This document shows positions 48,624-61,621 of a DNA stretch of 64,000 bases, piece by piece. The stretch is from Hydrolagus colliei. Lineage: Eukaryota. The first letter of the stretch is position 1. Each line of letters opens with the position of its first letter. A model generated the notes under the pieces. That model was not told where the DNA came from and did no database searches. It saw only the letters and a program-made list of their open reading frames with translations. Made by a program: the position numbers and the translations under genes. Where the stretch lies: contig CM068755.1 of the NCBI GenBank assembly GCA_035084275.1, forward strand, positions 14,446,001 through 14,510,000, in the 5' to 3' direction.

Positions 48624-49294
48624 CAGTAGAAGCCCGTTTATCCGTGACTCGATGAACCGGTACTTCCATATAACCGGTACGCCAAATAAAGTCCCCATTC
48701 GATAAACCGGAACTTATTCGGAACAAAAGCGGTGGAGCATTTGTAAATGCATAAATAATAATAGAATATTGTATTGGTTATTGTTAAAACTATCTTGCGC
48801 TTCTCACCTTTACTGGTAGATGCTGCATTTGAAGCCATGATGCTGTGCTTGAGGTTTATAGTCCAGTGATTCTTTTTAAAATGGAAGACGCCAAGCAGGT
48901 GAAAAAAACGGCAGTGCGACTTTATAGCCTTACTAGCAGCAAGCCGATAACCCTAGCCAATAATTCACATTGTCGCGCAGGTGCAGTATTTCGGTTTGCC
49001 GCTAGTAGAGTCTAGGGTTACCGGCTTACCACTAGTAAGGCTTTAAAGTTGCGCTGCCGGTTTTTTTTACCTGCTTAGGGTCCTCCATTGCAAAAAGAAT
49101 CGCTGGACTATAAACCTCAACCAGTAAAGGTGAGAAGCACAAGAGAGTAGTTTTAACAATAAGTACCCATACAATATTCTGTTATTATCTGTTATTATTT
49201 AGTCTTTCGGCCGCATGCTGCCCAAGTATCTGGCAGGCACTTTAACCCAGCATTGGCCAGGTCCCGCGGGTGCCATATAAACGGGCTTTTACTG
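48624..49294 (-). mobile_element. Tigger/pogo-like MITE, 671-bp long form with internal hairpin
   Basis: TA|CAGTAGAAGCCCGTTTATCCG ... ATAAACGGGCTTTTACTG|TA; inverted arms about 48755-48956 and 49012-49188. Confidence 0.9.
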
Positions 49295-51257
49295 TATAAT
49301 ATAATCAGTTATAAGGGGGTGTAACCTACATAAGTCCTTAACACCAATAGATTTTCTATTCCTCTCTAAGTTTATGTATTCATATACATTAACTATGTAA
49401 TGTATCTTTGGCTACAAATATTGTCACTACACTTGCAGTAGTATTATCCGTGGATCCTTGTGGGATGGTAAGATATTATAGTATTATAATCATTATTATT
49501 ACAGGATTATATAATCAAATGCAAGGATTGATATGAATGTTGCTGGGCGCATAGCCCATCTTGGGTTTTCATTGTCTTATCATAGTGTTATTAGAATCCA
49601 GTCAAATGATAATGTTTAAAAATTGTAATGCGGCATGTTATTGCATTTATTTGCAGATTCTTAAAATCAGCCTAAAGTAAGAAGAGGTTTTATTTTTATT
49701 TTTGTTTTCTATAATTGAAATGCAAAGTTGCTTTTGCTTTTAAAAAAAAATTCATAGTGATATTCAGCTTGCATTAAACACTTTTAATGTATCAGAGTGC
49801 ACCTTTAGGTGCTCTATAAAGCTATGGATTGTGTAGAAATGCCTATGGGCATATAAATAATTCGAGAACAAATTACAGAGGACCAACAATCTTTTCAGAT
49901 CAGTGCAGCTGTTACTGGCTTTAAAGAAAATCCTCTTGGTGCTTCAGTCCGTTGTTGCTATGGTCTGTTCACTTTTTAACAGATGGCTTATGTGACTCAT
50001 TACTGAGTAAAATGTGTACCAGACCAGTGATGGGAGTAACAGCTGGGAGCCTTGCAGAATCATTGGCTATAATGTTTTCATAGTTATTGGCAAAGCTTAT
50101 AATAAGTTTAGTTTAAGCAACAAAGCTGGACAAATTTCCAGTTTGGCATCTTGCATTAGGAATATTGCTTAATAGTAAACAAAATAAAACCAATTCTCAG
50201 CCATTAATGGAAAAAGTTTTCCCTGATTATATAAGGTGGTCTACCTTAGTCAATCCCAATTCTACTGACATTTCTAAATTTGCCTAGTAATACCAAAGTG
50301 CAGTAACTTTTGCATTAGTTCAGCAGTTTAAAGCTTAGCAGTGGTTCATTTGTGTTTTAGGAACAAAGTCAGGACTATACTCTGGAAGAATCAAACATTC
50401 CGGTAAGCAGACCCACTGGGTTATGTGTTAATTTCCTGAGGAGTAAATGACTTATGATATGAACTCCAGTAAGTCCATTTTTCAGAGCAGTCTTGAGTTC
50501 TGGTTTTGCATAGAACCTAAACCAGATTCACTCAGTGTTTGTCTTGTTTAATCTTAGGCTGTTAATTTTCACTCTTCCCCAGTATCATAATTTGGGAGAT
50601 AAATTGGTAATAACTGGAGCATGTGCTTCATTGCCAAATCATCATAAGTTGCCAAAAAACATTAAAATAACTGTTTGAACTCTAGGCTTTGGTGGGTTTC
50701 TTCCTATTTACTTTATTTGGTGATGGAAAACATCTAATACTTAAAATTACAAAGTAAAACAATGCCATTTTTAAAATAAAAAAGGTTTCTCCTCCCTCTT
50801 TCTCTCTTTCCAACCCCCTCCAATTCTTGATACTGTGGCCGAATAGTGCTGGGAAATTTTATGGTTTGCTTTCTTATTTACATTCAACCTAACATAGTCT
50901 TTAAAACCCTCTTAATCACGACACTAACTCCACAAGAAATACATATCTTAACCTAACCATCACACCTTGCTCCACAACAATTGTCATTTGCGGACTTAGA
51001 CATCTGCTTATTATGTTGTCGGTCATTAATTAATGTGAAAAGCAAGGGTCCCCAAGGTCATTCCCGAGAGGAGATGTGAAACTCCAGTTTCCCAATTAGA
51101 ACTTTGTTGCCTATAACTGTCTAGCCAGTTGATTATCCAATTTACACCTCCTTTATCTCAACAGTTTTTCGTCTTAACAGAAAAACTCTTCTAAAGGATT
51201 TGGTTATAGAATGACTGGAAAATTTCAGGCATCTTATCCTCGTCCGCAAACTTGGTA

Positions 51258-51459
51258 CAGTAAAAGCCCATTGATCCGGCATCCTCGGGACCTGGCCAAT
51301 GCCGATCAAAGCACATGCTGGATATTCGGCTGAAAACACACAAAACAAAAAGGGAATTTTTCCAGATAAATTCCGTTAATCGAATGCGAATTTGTTTTTA
51401 AGATGCCGGTTATACGGAAGTTACGCTTGATCGGGTCATGGATAAACGGGCTTTTACTG
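51258..51459 (+). mobile_element. Tigger/pogo-like MITE, short form (orientation A)
   Basis: TA|CAGTAAAAGCCC ... GGATAAACGGGCTTTTACTG|TA. Confidence 0.9.
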
Positions 51460-54034
51460 TACATGCTCAAGAGCTTTATTACATTTCCCAAGTATATCCA
51501 TCCTTCTATAAATTCAAATCAGTTTGTTTGGAGCCATTGATTGCTTTTACTTTCTCTAAAATGCTTTGAATTTCTTTTTTTTAATCTTTTGGTTATGTGG
51601 GGGATGCGGATAGTTTGTGTTTATGATTTTTTTAGGAAAAGTCCTGGCATCTTTCATTAGAAAATATAAGATGAATTTGGCACAAAAATTAAACTTTTTT
51701 TTTATAAAAAAAGAAGAAATATTGCCTATGGTAATTTAGGATATTCATTTTACCATTCCTAGCTGGTTAATTCAGTGCATCACTTGCGATGCAGGCTTGT
51801 CTTACTGGTATTTTAATTGGCCACAATTCCATTCATTGTCAATTGTCTAATTGCTTCTGTGAGAATTTAGTGCCTGCATAATATACACCATATGGTTAAA
51901 TTGGGACACGATAAATTGAACTCAATATGGTCAAAGTATAGCAAGACTAGAAGGAAGCAGATACAGTCCCAGTGACTATTTTTGGAAGACCCGGGAGCTA
52001 ATTTGCTCACAGTAAAGTCCAATAAACAGTGGGTGGATTATGGGAATTGTTGACCAACCCACAGAGAGAAACTGACTTTCATTTCTAATAGTGCCAGGGG
52101 GTCGTTAAAGTTTACCTGAACAGCCAAAGTCTCATTCAATGGATGGCACCGAAAAAAATTCAGCCCTGCACTGAAATGTCGACCTAGAGTATGAGCTTAA
52201 AGTCCCAATGTGCAATGTGGGGCTTGAACCCATACTTACTGACCCTAGGCACTGTTATTAAGTTAAATAGTTGCAATTAAATTACTTCTTAAAATACAAT
52301 CCAAAATATTATTTCTATTTATTCAAAAACGATTTCATTTTAGCCTGATGTCTTCCAATATAGTTTTTTTTTAATGATTTGCTATATCCATTTTCTCCTT
52401 ATGTTCCCCCTTACTCTACCAGTTTTCAAATCTCAGTTATACTGCAGGTACTGATGTCAGCCCCTGAGGCTGGCGAAGTTGTGCATTGTCACATGCCCTG
52501 TTTTATCTTTCATCAAAGTGAATGGTTTCTGACTCCCAAGATGTCCAGAATATCGATACCCTCGGGGCATCGCTTAAGAAATGGTCTTGCACTTCTAGCG
52601 GTGCTCAACAGAACAGTGGGAATTTTAAAAATATAGTGCTTTATTTTGATAAAACAAAGCTTTTATCTCTGCAGTTTCATTTGCAATAATTGGAAAGAGC
52701 TCAGTATCCTGTTAGTTTTCTTTAGTCGCTAGAAATCTGTGCTCTCGTCTAGAAATCTGTATCCTTTGCCACGTGCACAAAATTCTACCTGGGCTTCCTC
52801 CTCCCCCAACTTGATGCAGTGGAACTGGGCTGTTAGACAGCACAACTAGGGCATCATTTTTTTCAACCTGGCCTAAAATCTCAGTTAATAATCATGTGTA
52901 ACCAGCACACAGAATTTTAAAAAAATTGGTTCTCCCAGTCTTTGATAGATTATGTGCTATATTGTTTATTTTCATCCATATTTTATTTGAATGAGATTGA
53001 TGCACGCTTGTTACTTCAGTAATTGTAGATGTGTCGGAGACTGTGTCCATTTGAGGCTGAATTTGGAGGTTATTAAACTTCAGTAAGTGTAAGCAAATAA
53101 CGTTAAAGATGCAGCTGGTTTGAAGCTTCATTTACAAAATGGCTGCTTTGTGTGCGTCAACTGTTCTTCATATTCCCATATGTGTGTACATATTAAATCC
53201 TGAGGGATTTTATTATCGCAGCAGACTGCAGAGGAAAAGATTTTCATGCATAAAAGCTGACAGAACAAAGAGTTGTTGCTGCCCTTCTGCACAACATGCT
53301 GATCGCATTTGAAAGTGTATGTTAATCCAGTCAAATTAATCATGTGCTTACTTTGTTTATTTTCTGAAATGGTTAGTTATATTTTGAGTTCAACCCAGAT
53401 TGATAGGATGAAAATTTCACTCTTTCTCTCGGCTTCAAGAGCTTGATGCGAGATGAGTTTTGAGCAGTCTCAACTCTACTTCTAACAGACAACCCTTAAC
53501 CCAGAAGTGGCCAGTAGAAATTGGTATCACTAAAGCCACAAGGATAGCTAATGTGGGAAATGGAGAGATGCACAATGAAGAATTTGCATTTGGGGTTGGT
53601 ATTTTGAGCATGCTAAACACTGCCTCTGGGTGGTGATAGCAAAATGTTTTATACTTCCCAGAACTGATAGCAACCACAAGAGAAAAATTGCCCCCAAACT
53701 TGTTCAATTTAATTGTGAATTGTTGCAGGGAAGATGCCAGACCATCACTCCAGCGTCCTCCATGGAGGGACTGTATCACATTGAGATGTAATGTGATTTT
53801 GTTCAAGGCGCATTCTGGTCAATTGTGGACATGGTATGAACAAAACAATTCCGAAGAACTGAAAGATGTAGCTTTGTTCGCAGCTCATTGCTTCCATCTG
53901 TTGTCGATCTATACATCGGTCATGGCTGATTCCATCCTATTGTGTTTCTCTATCAAAACTATAAATAGGAATAATGGTTGAATTGACTAATATTTTATGC
54001 TGAGTACAGCACACTCAGCAGAATGTTTTTAATT

Positions 54035-54320
54035 TAATAATAATCCTTGCGATTCATGTAGCGTTTTCATGTCTTCTAAACGTCTCAAAGAGCTTCACAG
54101 AATATACTATAAAGTGAATTGACTGTATATTTGTGGGCAAAATGAGGCAGCCAATTTCACACAGCAGTATCCCACAAACAGTCGTGGATTGGAGTGACCA
54201 ATTTAATATACTTTTTTTTCAAGGATTATTGTTAGGCTTGTGGAGTAAGGAAACTTCCGATTCGAACACAGGTCTCGCGCTTGTAAGGCAAGTGTTCTAA
54301 CCACTGAGATACAGGACTCC
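54035..54320 (-). mobile_element. Near full-length tRNA-derived SINE with L2-type tail
   Basis: - strand head tctcagtggttagaacac...gttcgaatc (A/B boxes), core tttgtgggatactgctgtgtgaaattggctgcc, tail ending ggattattatta. Confidence 0.8.
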
Positions 54321-54704
54321 ACATTTGGAATTGAGGTGAAGGACTGGCCTGAAAGGCAGGGTGGTAAATCAAAAGAGTAGCAGAGAAACTAATTGAGTCA
54401 AGAAATAGTTAGGTGATGTCTTAGCTTGGGTTTCAGAGGCTCGTAGATTTAGTGAAGGACTGAAGCTTAAAAATTAAAGTTTTGAGATGCTTTAACATTG
54501 TGATGGAACAAGAGAAGACAGATTCCTTTTTTTAAAAAAATTAGTATTGAATAAAACTCAGTGACCAAAAATATATATTTATGTTTGTGATGCTTTCCAT
54601 CTGTTGCAGTTATTTCTCTCAATCTTGTATCTGCAGCCAAGGAAGGAATCCATGCTAGCAGACACTAATGCATTGGGTTTAATTTAATAAGGACTTTAAA
54701 ATAC

Positions 54705-54807
54705 AGTATACAGTAAATTCACTTTACAGTATATTCTGTAAAGCGCTTTGAGATGTCTAGAAGATGTGAAAAGTGCTATATCATATGCACGGATTATCAT
54801 TATTATT
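54705..54807 (+). mobile_element. SINE 3' tail fragment (similar fragments at about 20-111, 56068-56170, 56655-56735, 59483-59542)
   Basis: aagcgctttgagatgtctagaagatgtgaaaagtgctatatcatatgcacggattatcattattatta. Confidence 0.7.
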
Positions 54808-57800
54808 AAAATATTGCAGTTGCATTGTAATGCCTATATATAAATTGCTAGTGTCAACTGAAGGTTGAATTCGATTTTACATCCTTAATAATTGACTGTA
54901 ATTACTGCAAAATGGGTGCTGATCTTGTCACTCCTTACATACAGTAATGATACATCGGCCCTGATTTTGTAAACATGTAAAATTAAGGTTGCATTTTAAT
55001 TGTTGCAATAGGAACACACAAAATAATTGTCTAGGATTTTTCATTGAATTAAATATCCACCATTCAATGTATAGGGTAACATTTATTAATTTCCAGCCTT
55101 CAATGTTCTCTCACTCTGATTGCAATTGGCCTAGGTTTTCTTTCCCTTCCACCAATATTTCCAGCATAAACTAAAATCGAGTAGAGCTGCAAAATAATTT
55201 TTTTTAAAAAAACTACTACTAAGCAAGGGCACAAACTAACAAGATCTTAGTTTGCTTTTTTTTAAAAAAGTGCACCCACAAATTAATGGAAATAAGGACA
55301 TTATTTAAAGGTGTTGGATGCACCACATAATGTACTGAGCACACAAATTAAGAAGCTTCTGGGTTCTAACCTTGGTCTGTCCAGAATTCTGTTTCATTCA
55401 GTGTAGCGCATTAAGTGTTCGACAATTGACTTTGGTATTCCTACGCTAAGTAAGAGAGAAACTCTGTCTGCATTCTTGTTCCTGATTATTATCCTTTTGA
55501 CCTGTGCTGGAAAATGCACTATATAAACCTTGGATAGAATGTAGTCAACTCTCACTGCCATTGGAATAAACTGCCAGCACTTGGTGTCCAGTTTCGTCCA
55601 AATGCATCAGATGAAAACTTTTTGAGTAAAGAGTCTTATCCTATGAGTAACTACTTTCTTGAGAGAAACAGAAATGTTTGAGGCAGTAAGCAGAACACAT
55701 TCAAATGTTAAACTATGCCACTTACTGCCAAATATACACAAGTGGAAGCTTTGTTCTGCGATGACCATGTCTCTATTTTCGGCTTAGCAGTTGCATTTGG
55801 GGATAAAAGATTTCCCCTGGACAGCTGTTACTTTTTTTTAAAAAAGTAGCCTGTATGAACAGGTCAAAACAGAGCAAGAAAATAAATGACTTCTTCCAAA
55901 TCGCTAGATCTTTTTACAAAGAATGCATTTTTGATGGTACTGTACTTTATAGTATTTACATACAAATCACTCTCTGTCTAAGGTAAGGCATTGCTTTACT
56001 CTGAAATGTATTATAGGTTCTATATTTGGCTTCCAAGCTCTTTTTTATGGTATCTCTTGTGCATGTCGTCCACAAATATATCATCACTTCATTTTACAAT
56101 ATTTTGTGTGAAGCACTTTGAGATGTCTAAAAGACTTGAAAAGCGCTATATCATATCCAAGTATTATTATCTCCCCCTGTATTGTCTATATATTTTGTAA
56201 CATTTCAAATGGGCGCCTGCAGATCTTTTAAAGGGATGTTACTATTGTTTGAAATGGAATATAATATTGCCTAATCTGCTGATTACATCCTGCTTTATTT
56301 TAGTGCCATTTAGCTTTGTAATGTTCCATTATTTCTTCACACTGTTGATGCACGGTTTCCTGTTCCTGTGTGCTGTGCAGGCAAAATGCGATTGTTTATG
56401 ATCTTGCAACGGCACGTAACACTAGTCTGGGTTCACAGAATAACTTGCCCCTCCTGCCCCATTTGTACACGCAATTAGCAACTTAATTTCTAATTTTCAC
56501 CATGATGAGGATTTTCAGAGAGACAGAACAGTTTACTTTTCATTCTGTCTTTATCGATTTTCAGTTTTCACTCATTGAGTAAATTGTTTTTTTTCTTAAT
56601 AATTGTTTTGATTAATTTTTCAAGCATTGTTCCCAGTTTAATGAAAGCAGCTATCTTTACAGTGTGTTCTGTGAAGCTCTTTGAGACATCTAAAAGATGT
56701 GAAAACTGTTATATCAACTGCAAGGATTATTATTATTTGCTAGGCTGTGCTTCTAGGTAAACCAGGAAATTACTCCCAGTAATGATTTTTCTTCTCCTTT
56801 ATGGCCTAGAAAAGAGTGAATTTATTGTGCAGTGGGGGTATGTGTATGTGGCATGTGCCTTGTGTGCGTGGTGCACCAAGGAGATGCACCGATTAGCTAT
56901 GTGGTTGAGTCCCTTTCTACATATATTTTACACAATACTGAACAACAATACAATAAAATGTTACGAGTACAAAGCATGGCCAGTAATTTGTCCAAAAAGA
57001 TTACTATTCTTATGGATAGTGATTGCTCGTAAACTTTTTAATGAGCATCGTAGCTGAGCCTAATCATGTCCTTGTGTGATGTCTACGCTTGCCTGGTTCA
57101 GATTGAGCAGCTGAACATTCAGTAAAATTTAACACAGCAGTTTTCTTCCACTGCAAAGTTCCTTCATACTATATAGGGATAGATTTTAGCCATTAGACAA
57201 CAGGCCACATTTCTATGTAAAATGAATCAATTGTATTGTGCAAGTTGTCCATTTTTTAATGTTGTAATTTATGTTTATCTGGAGATATTGGGATGAGTAG
57301 TATGAAAAACTGGATCATTTGAAAATAGGAAGGTTAGATTCATCTTGCTGAAGCTGCATAATTGTTTATTCTCACTGTAGCCCTAGGAGCAATTTCTGTA
57401 TTGTTGGTCTCTAAAACACACCTGTGGAAAGGTTGAGTTGAAGGTAACCAATAATCTGTGTCAAGACAGAGGCTGAAACCTCTTTAAAGAGACCTCTAGA
57501 GCAAAATAGAATCTCCTGCTGTTGAACAGTATAGAATGTAGTATTACATTTTAATTAACTGTGTATGATTATTCTTAAAATACAGTTAGTACCTCCATTG
57601 TGTGGATGGTGATGTTGAAGCGGATAAAGCTTACAACTCGGGTATCTGGCTTTGAAAGAGATTCTAATGTGGTGATGCACTAGAATCAGCTCATTCTGCT
57701 TGTGTTTGTTTTGGAAACGCTGTTCTTTGCAGCTGCATATAAGAGCATTGATTTAGCCATGCACTGATATTGTTAAAGCCTCTCTTAGCGCATTGGCAAA

Positions 57801-58494
57801 TAGGATTTTGGTAGTTTTCCTTAATGTCACAGCAGACAGAGAGCAAGTGAACAGAGCACAGCTGCTAGAGCTTTATTTGCCAACTAAATTTCTTTTGTAA
57901 ATTTATAAATAATCTTCACTTGTCCCGACATAACATTGCCCAAATAATGTCTGAAATGTTCTATATTAGGGATAGATCTCTTCTCAATCATATTGAACAT
58001 CACTAAATATGATGCGAAATCAAAGTAAGAAAAACCACAATCCTCAGCTAAATTGAAATGTTTTGAGAAGGGTTCGACTCGGCCATTCTTTCAGTGATCC
58101 AGTGAAAGTGCCAACAGATGGATGTTTTCCTTTCTGAGTACTGACTCTGGCATACCTGTTTGGCATACCTGTTTATTAAAAAAAAAGTGTTTATGTTTTG
58201 AACTTCTAAAATAGCTTAAAACCATTGCGGGCAAAATCAGGTTCTGGTTTGAATAGCTCAAATATTAAGCTACATGTAGCAGAAGCTGTACTACTCTGAC
58301 ATGATTTCTTGTCGTAGCTTTGCATTATTCAGCTTTTATTTTGTGTTCTTTTAAATTACATTTTGATGTAATAATTAAAGCAATGCTTTTTTTTAAAAAA
58401 AAGGCAAAGGCTGATCATTTACGTCTTTGATTCCAACTTTTTCAATTAAAAAAATCATTTTACTGCTTTATTTCCTTCTCTATTCCCCCTCCTC

Positions 58495-58539
58495 TCCCCC
58501 CCCCCCCCCCCCCCGCACACACACACACACACACACACA
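58495..58539. repeat. Poly-C plus (CA)n microsatellite
   Basis: Directly visible. Confidence 0.9.
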
Positions 58540-59034
58540 TTCCAAAATAAATTGATGTGTGCGCATATATGGCTTTGATTCAGCACATCCCTTCTGTGGC
58601 TGAAATCCGCAACTTCAAAGATTGGGAGGATGAAACTACTTCATCACTATTCCACAGTGCTCCAACAAACTGTGTCACCACAGAGCAACATTTTTATAGT
58701 GGAGCATTGTGGAATGGCTTACTTAATTTCCTTGTAGAATCCCAGATTCTGGTTGCTTTCACACAATTGCTTGGTTGATTGTTTTCTGTGTGTATTGCAG
58801 AACATGCAGTATGCAACCATGTTCCAGTCACTATTATTGTCACTGTTATAAAGACTTTGTAAATCAATTCAAAGTTAATATTTCAGCATACTGCAGGATA
58901 TGCAATATATCAACTTGATCTAAAATGTATAAAATATTGTTGTTTACAATTTAGTAGCTACAGTAAAAGGAATACACTTTCCTCCTCTCTTAAAAGAGCA
59001 TTCACCTACAAAATACAGTCAATACACTTTATAG

Positions 59035-59480
59035 TACAACAGCTTGCATTTATAAAGTGCTCTACACACGGATAGCATCTCAGAGTGCTTCACAATGGCA
59101 GAGCCTGACGCCGAGACAGACGAAGGGAGGTGGTGACCATAAGCACGGTCGAAGAGAAAGGTCTTCAGCCTGACCTGAAGATGGGAAAGGAGAGGGTGAG
59201 GCGAAGCACTTGGAGGATGGAGTTCCAAAGTTTCAGGGCATAGTGGCTGAATGCACGGCTGCCAGTGGTGGAGCGGAGGATTCGGGGACAAGTAGTAGGC
59301 CTGACCCAGTAGAGTGGAGGCAGCGGGTACTGCTGCGAGAAGAGAGGAAGTTGGAGAGGTGGGGTGAGGGGTGCTGATCCATTCTGTGACAGAGATCCAG
59401 AGGAGTTCCGCTAGGACTGGGGTAATCGTGGTACGAAGTTTGGTGCGGGCCAGAATGTGGGCGGCCGAGTTTTGGATGGT
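59035..59480 (-). mobile_element. L2-clade LINE 3' fragment
   Basis: - strand ...RLKTFLFDRAY, followed by tail tgtgaagcactctgagatgc...ctttataaatgcaagctgttg; similar to the 35.2 kb fragment. Confidence 0.75.
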
Positions 59481-60942
59481 CAGCGCTTTGAGAAGTCTCG
59501 GAGACGTGATAAGGCGTTATATAAAAAGCGTGGATTATTATATATTAAAATATGCATAATATTCTGAATACTTCAGTATTTCATCATTTACTGTCATTCT
59601 GTCATCTCTCGGAGATGGGCCTTTTTTTAAAGCAATTTAGATTGAGCCTACCACTCACTCTACGTCTTAACCAAACAATGTGATGCACCATTCTGGCTGC
59701 TTTAAAATGCTTTTATTTTTGCTGTACATACATGAGCAACATTGAGGACTCTGATTTGATTCAAAAACCCTCCAGGGTATCTTTCAAACTGATTTACACC
59801 AGTTTTGTCATTTTTATGTTGAGCCTTGGAGCTATAATCTAAGCAGAGTTTTCATATTTGGTGTCCAATTTCTGTAGCGTTCCTCTGGAGGGGGGAGATT
59901 TCTGCTTTTTTTTTACCTGGCGCCTTCTCAGTGACTCACCAATGTGGAAATGCATACTTCAGCAGGATTTTTCGAAAGTTATCCATTTTACTATAACAGT
60001 ATTGGAGTGATATTAGATGAGAGAGAAAAAGGCCTGGGCATGAGCATAAAGAATTGACTAGGGAGACAAATGTAAGATACAATTTAGCTACCAGTTTACA
60101 CCACTGTTTTGAATTGACCTTTGGGATGAAATTGGTCGAGTTTAATTCTGAACTTCTATTTTAGAATAGCAAAAGGGAATGCACCATATAATCACTACAC
60201 TTTACACTGTGAAGCGCTTGGAGATATCTGCCCAACATGAAAGCTGCTATAATAAATTCATTTTGCAAATGCAATATTTTATATTTTGAAGTTCGGACTA
60301 CATGCAGACCTCTTCTGATGTAGTAAGCTAGATCTAATAGAGCAATGTTGTTTATTTAAATACCTAGTGATTGCTTCGGCTGCAATTACTTAACCTGGTA
60401 CAATCTAGAAATCAAATTCACAACCTTCTTGTTTGTACAATCTACGCTAAACTGGACTGACCCTGTACATATTTGTTTTTATCCCATCAACACTGAGAAT
60501 GAGATGTTTTGTCAAAGCAATACTTTTGTTAACTATCTCGTGGGCTTTTTTTTCCTGAAAAAAAAATGCTTTTTAATCTAGATGTATGTCTAATACAGTG
60601 CTTGATTTGTTACTCATAATGGTGAGTTATATTGCTGCCATTGCAGGAACTCCAATTCAAAGTTTAGATTGACAATACAGGTAAAATGTTAAATGTTAAA
60701 TGTCCTTAATCACAAGATGCAGCAGCACTGATTGTAATGGAAGGCATCCTTAGCTGCTGTAGTGCAAGGGAGACAGGTTTTGGACATGCAAAACCAGTCT
60801 AACATTTGGGTTACGTTTGCAGTGCCTAACAGTGAAGCGCATTAAAGTAACTTGACTTATTCCAGCACTCAATTGTGTGTTTTGAATGAACATTGCTTTT
60901 GTTTGATTTGTATATATAGCCAAAATAGTAATTTGCTTTATG

Positions 60943-61171
60943 CAGTAAAAGCCTGTTTATCCAGCACCCTCAGGACCTGGCCAATGCCGGTTAAAACGTG
61001 TGCCAGATATTCAGCCGACAATACACATACAACCCCCCCCCCCCCCCCCCCCCCCCCCAAAATGCATTTTTCTGGATAAATTCTGGTTAATTGAATGCGG
61101 ACCTTTTGTTTTGGGTGCCGGTTATACGGAAGTTACGGTTGATCGTGTCACGGATAAATGGGCTTTTACTG
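60943..61171 (+). mobile_element. Tigger/pogo-like MITE, short form (orientation A) with expanded poly-C
   Basis: CAGTAAAAGCCTGTTTATCC ... CGGATAAATGGGCTTTTACTG|TA. Confidence 0.88.
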
Positions 61172-61494
61172 TAGTAGAGTAATTTGATTTCATGACTACT
61201 TCGGGAACAGAGCACTCATTTTACTACAGTATGCATTCTGAATTTTAGTCAAGAAAACTTGTGCAATAAAAAGCCAGAGATTTGAAAGTTTCATATATTT
61301 TATGGTGTGCAGAATATTGGAACAGTATATTAACTATAGCTGTTTTTGTCTACCTGCAAAACCTTTACCTCTTTATTCGCTGTTCTTGTGTCTATATAGG
61401 TCAACACTGGCTGTATTGTATCTTCAAAACCCCATTTCATGTTTTGTGAAATATTCAAGGTAGTGTTGTTGATTTTGTTTTCTTGTTCTTTCAG

Positions 61495-61621
61495 GAAATA
61501 TTGATGAGGATGTTGTGGTGATTGAGGCCACCTCAGCTCCCCAGGTTACTGCCAATGAAGAAATCAATGTTACCTCAACAGACAGTGAAGTGGAGATTGT
61601 TACTGTTGGGGACAATTGCAG
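61495..61621 (+). CDS. RNF111: RNF111 exon 3 with SUMO-interacting motifs
   Basis: tttcag|GA...CAG|gtaaga; 127 nt; [41 protein letters not shown] (SIMs VVVI and VEIV); gene continues beyond the window. Confidence 0.95.

Noticed and set aside
47317-51491. Similar small ORFs (MFCVFSAEYPA...) recurring at 47.5, 51.1 and 60.9 kb
   Set aside because: Translations of non-coding MITE copies, not a gene family; no transposase present
54255-54320. tRNA-like sequence (also 25495-25560)
   Set aside because: SINE heads joined to SINE body or tail; no complete cloverleaf evident
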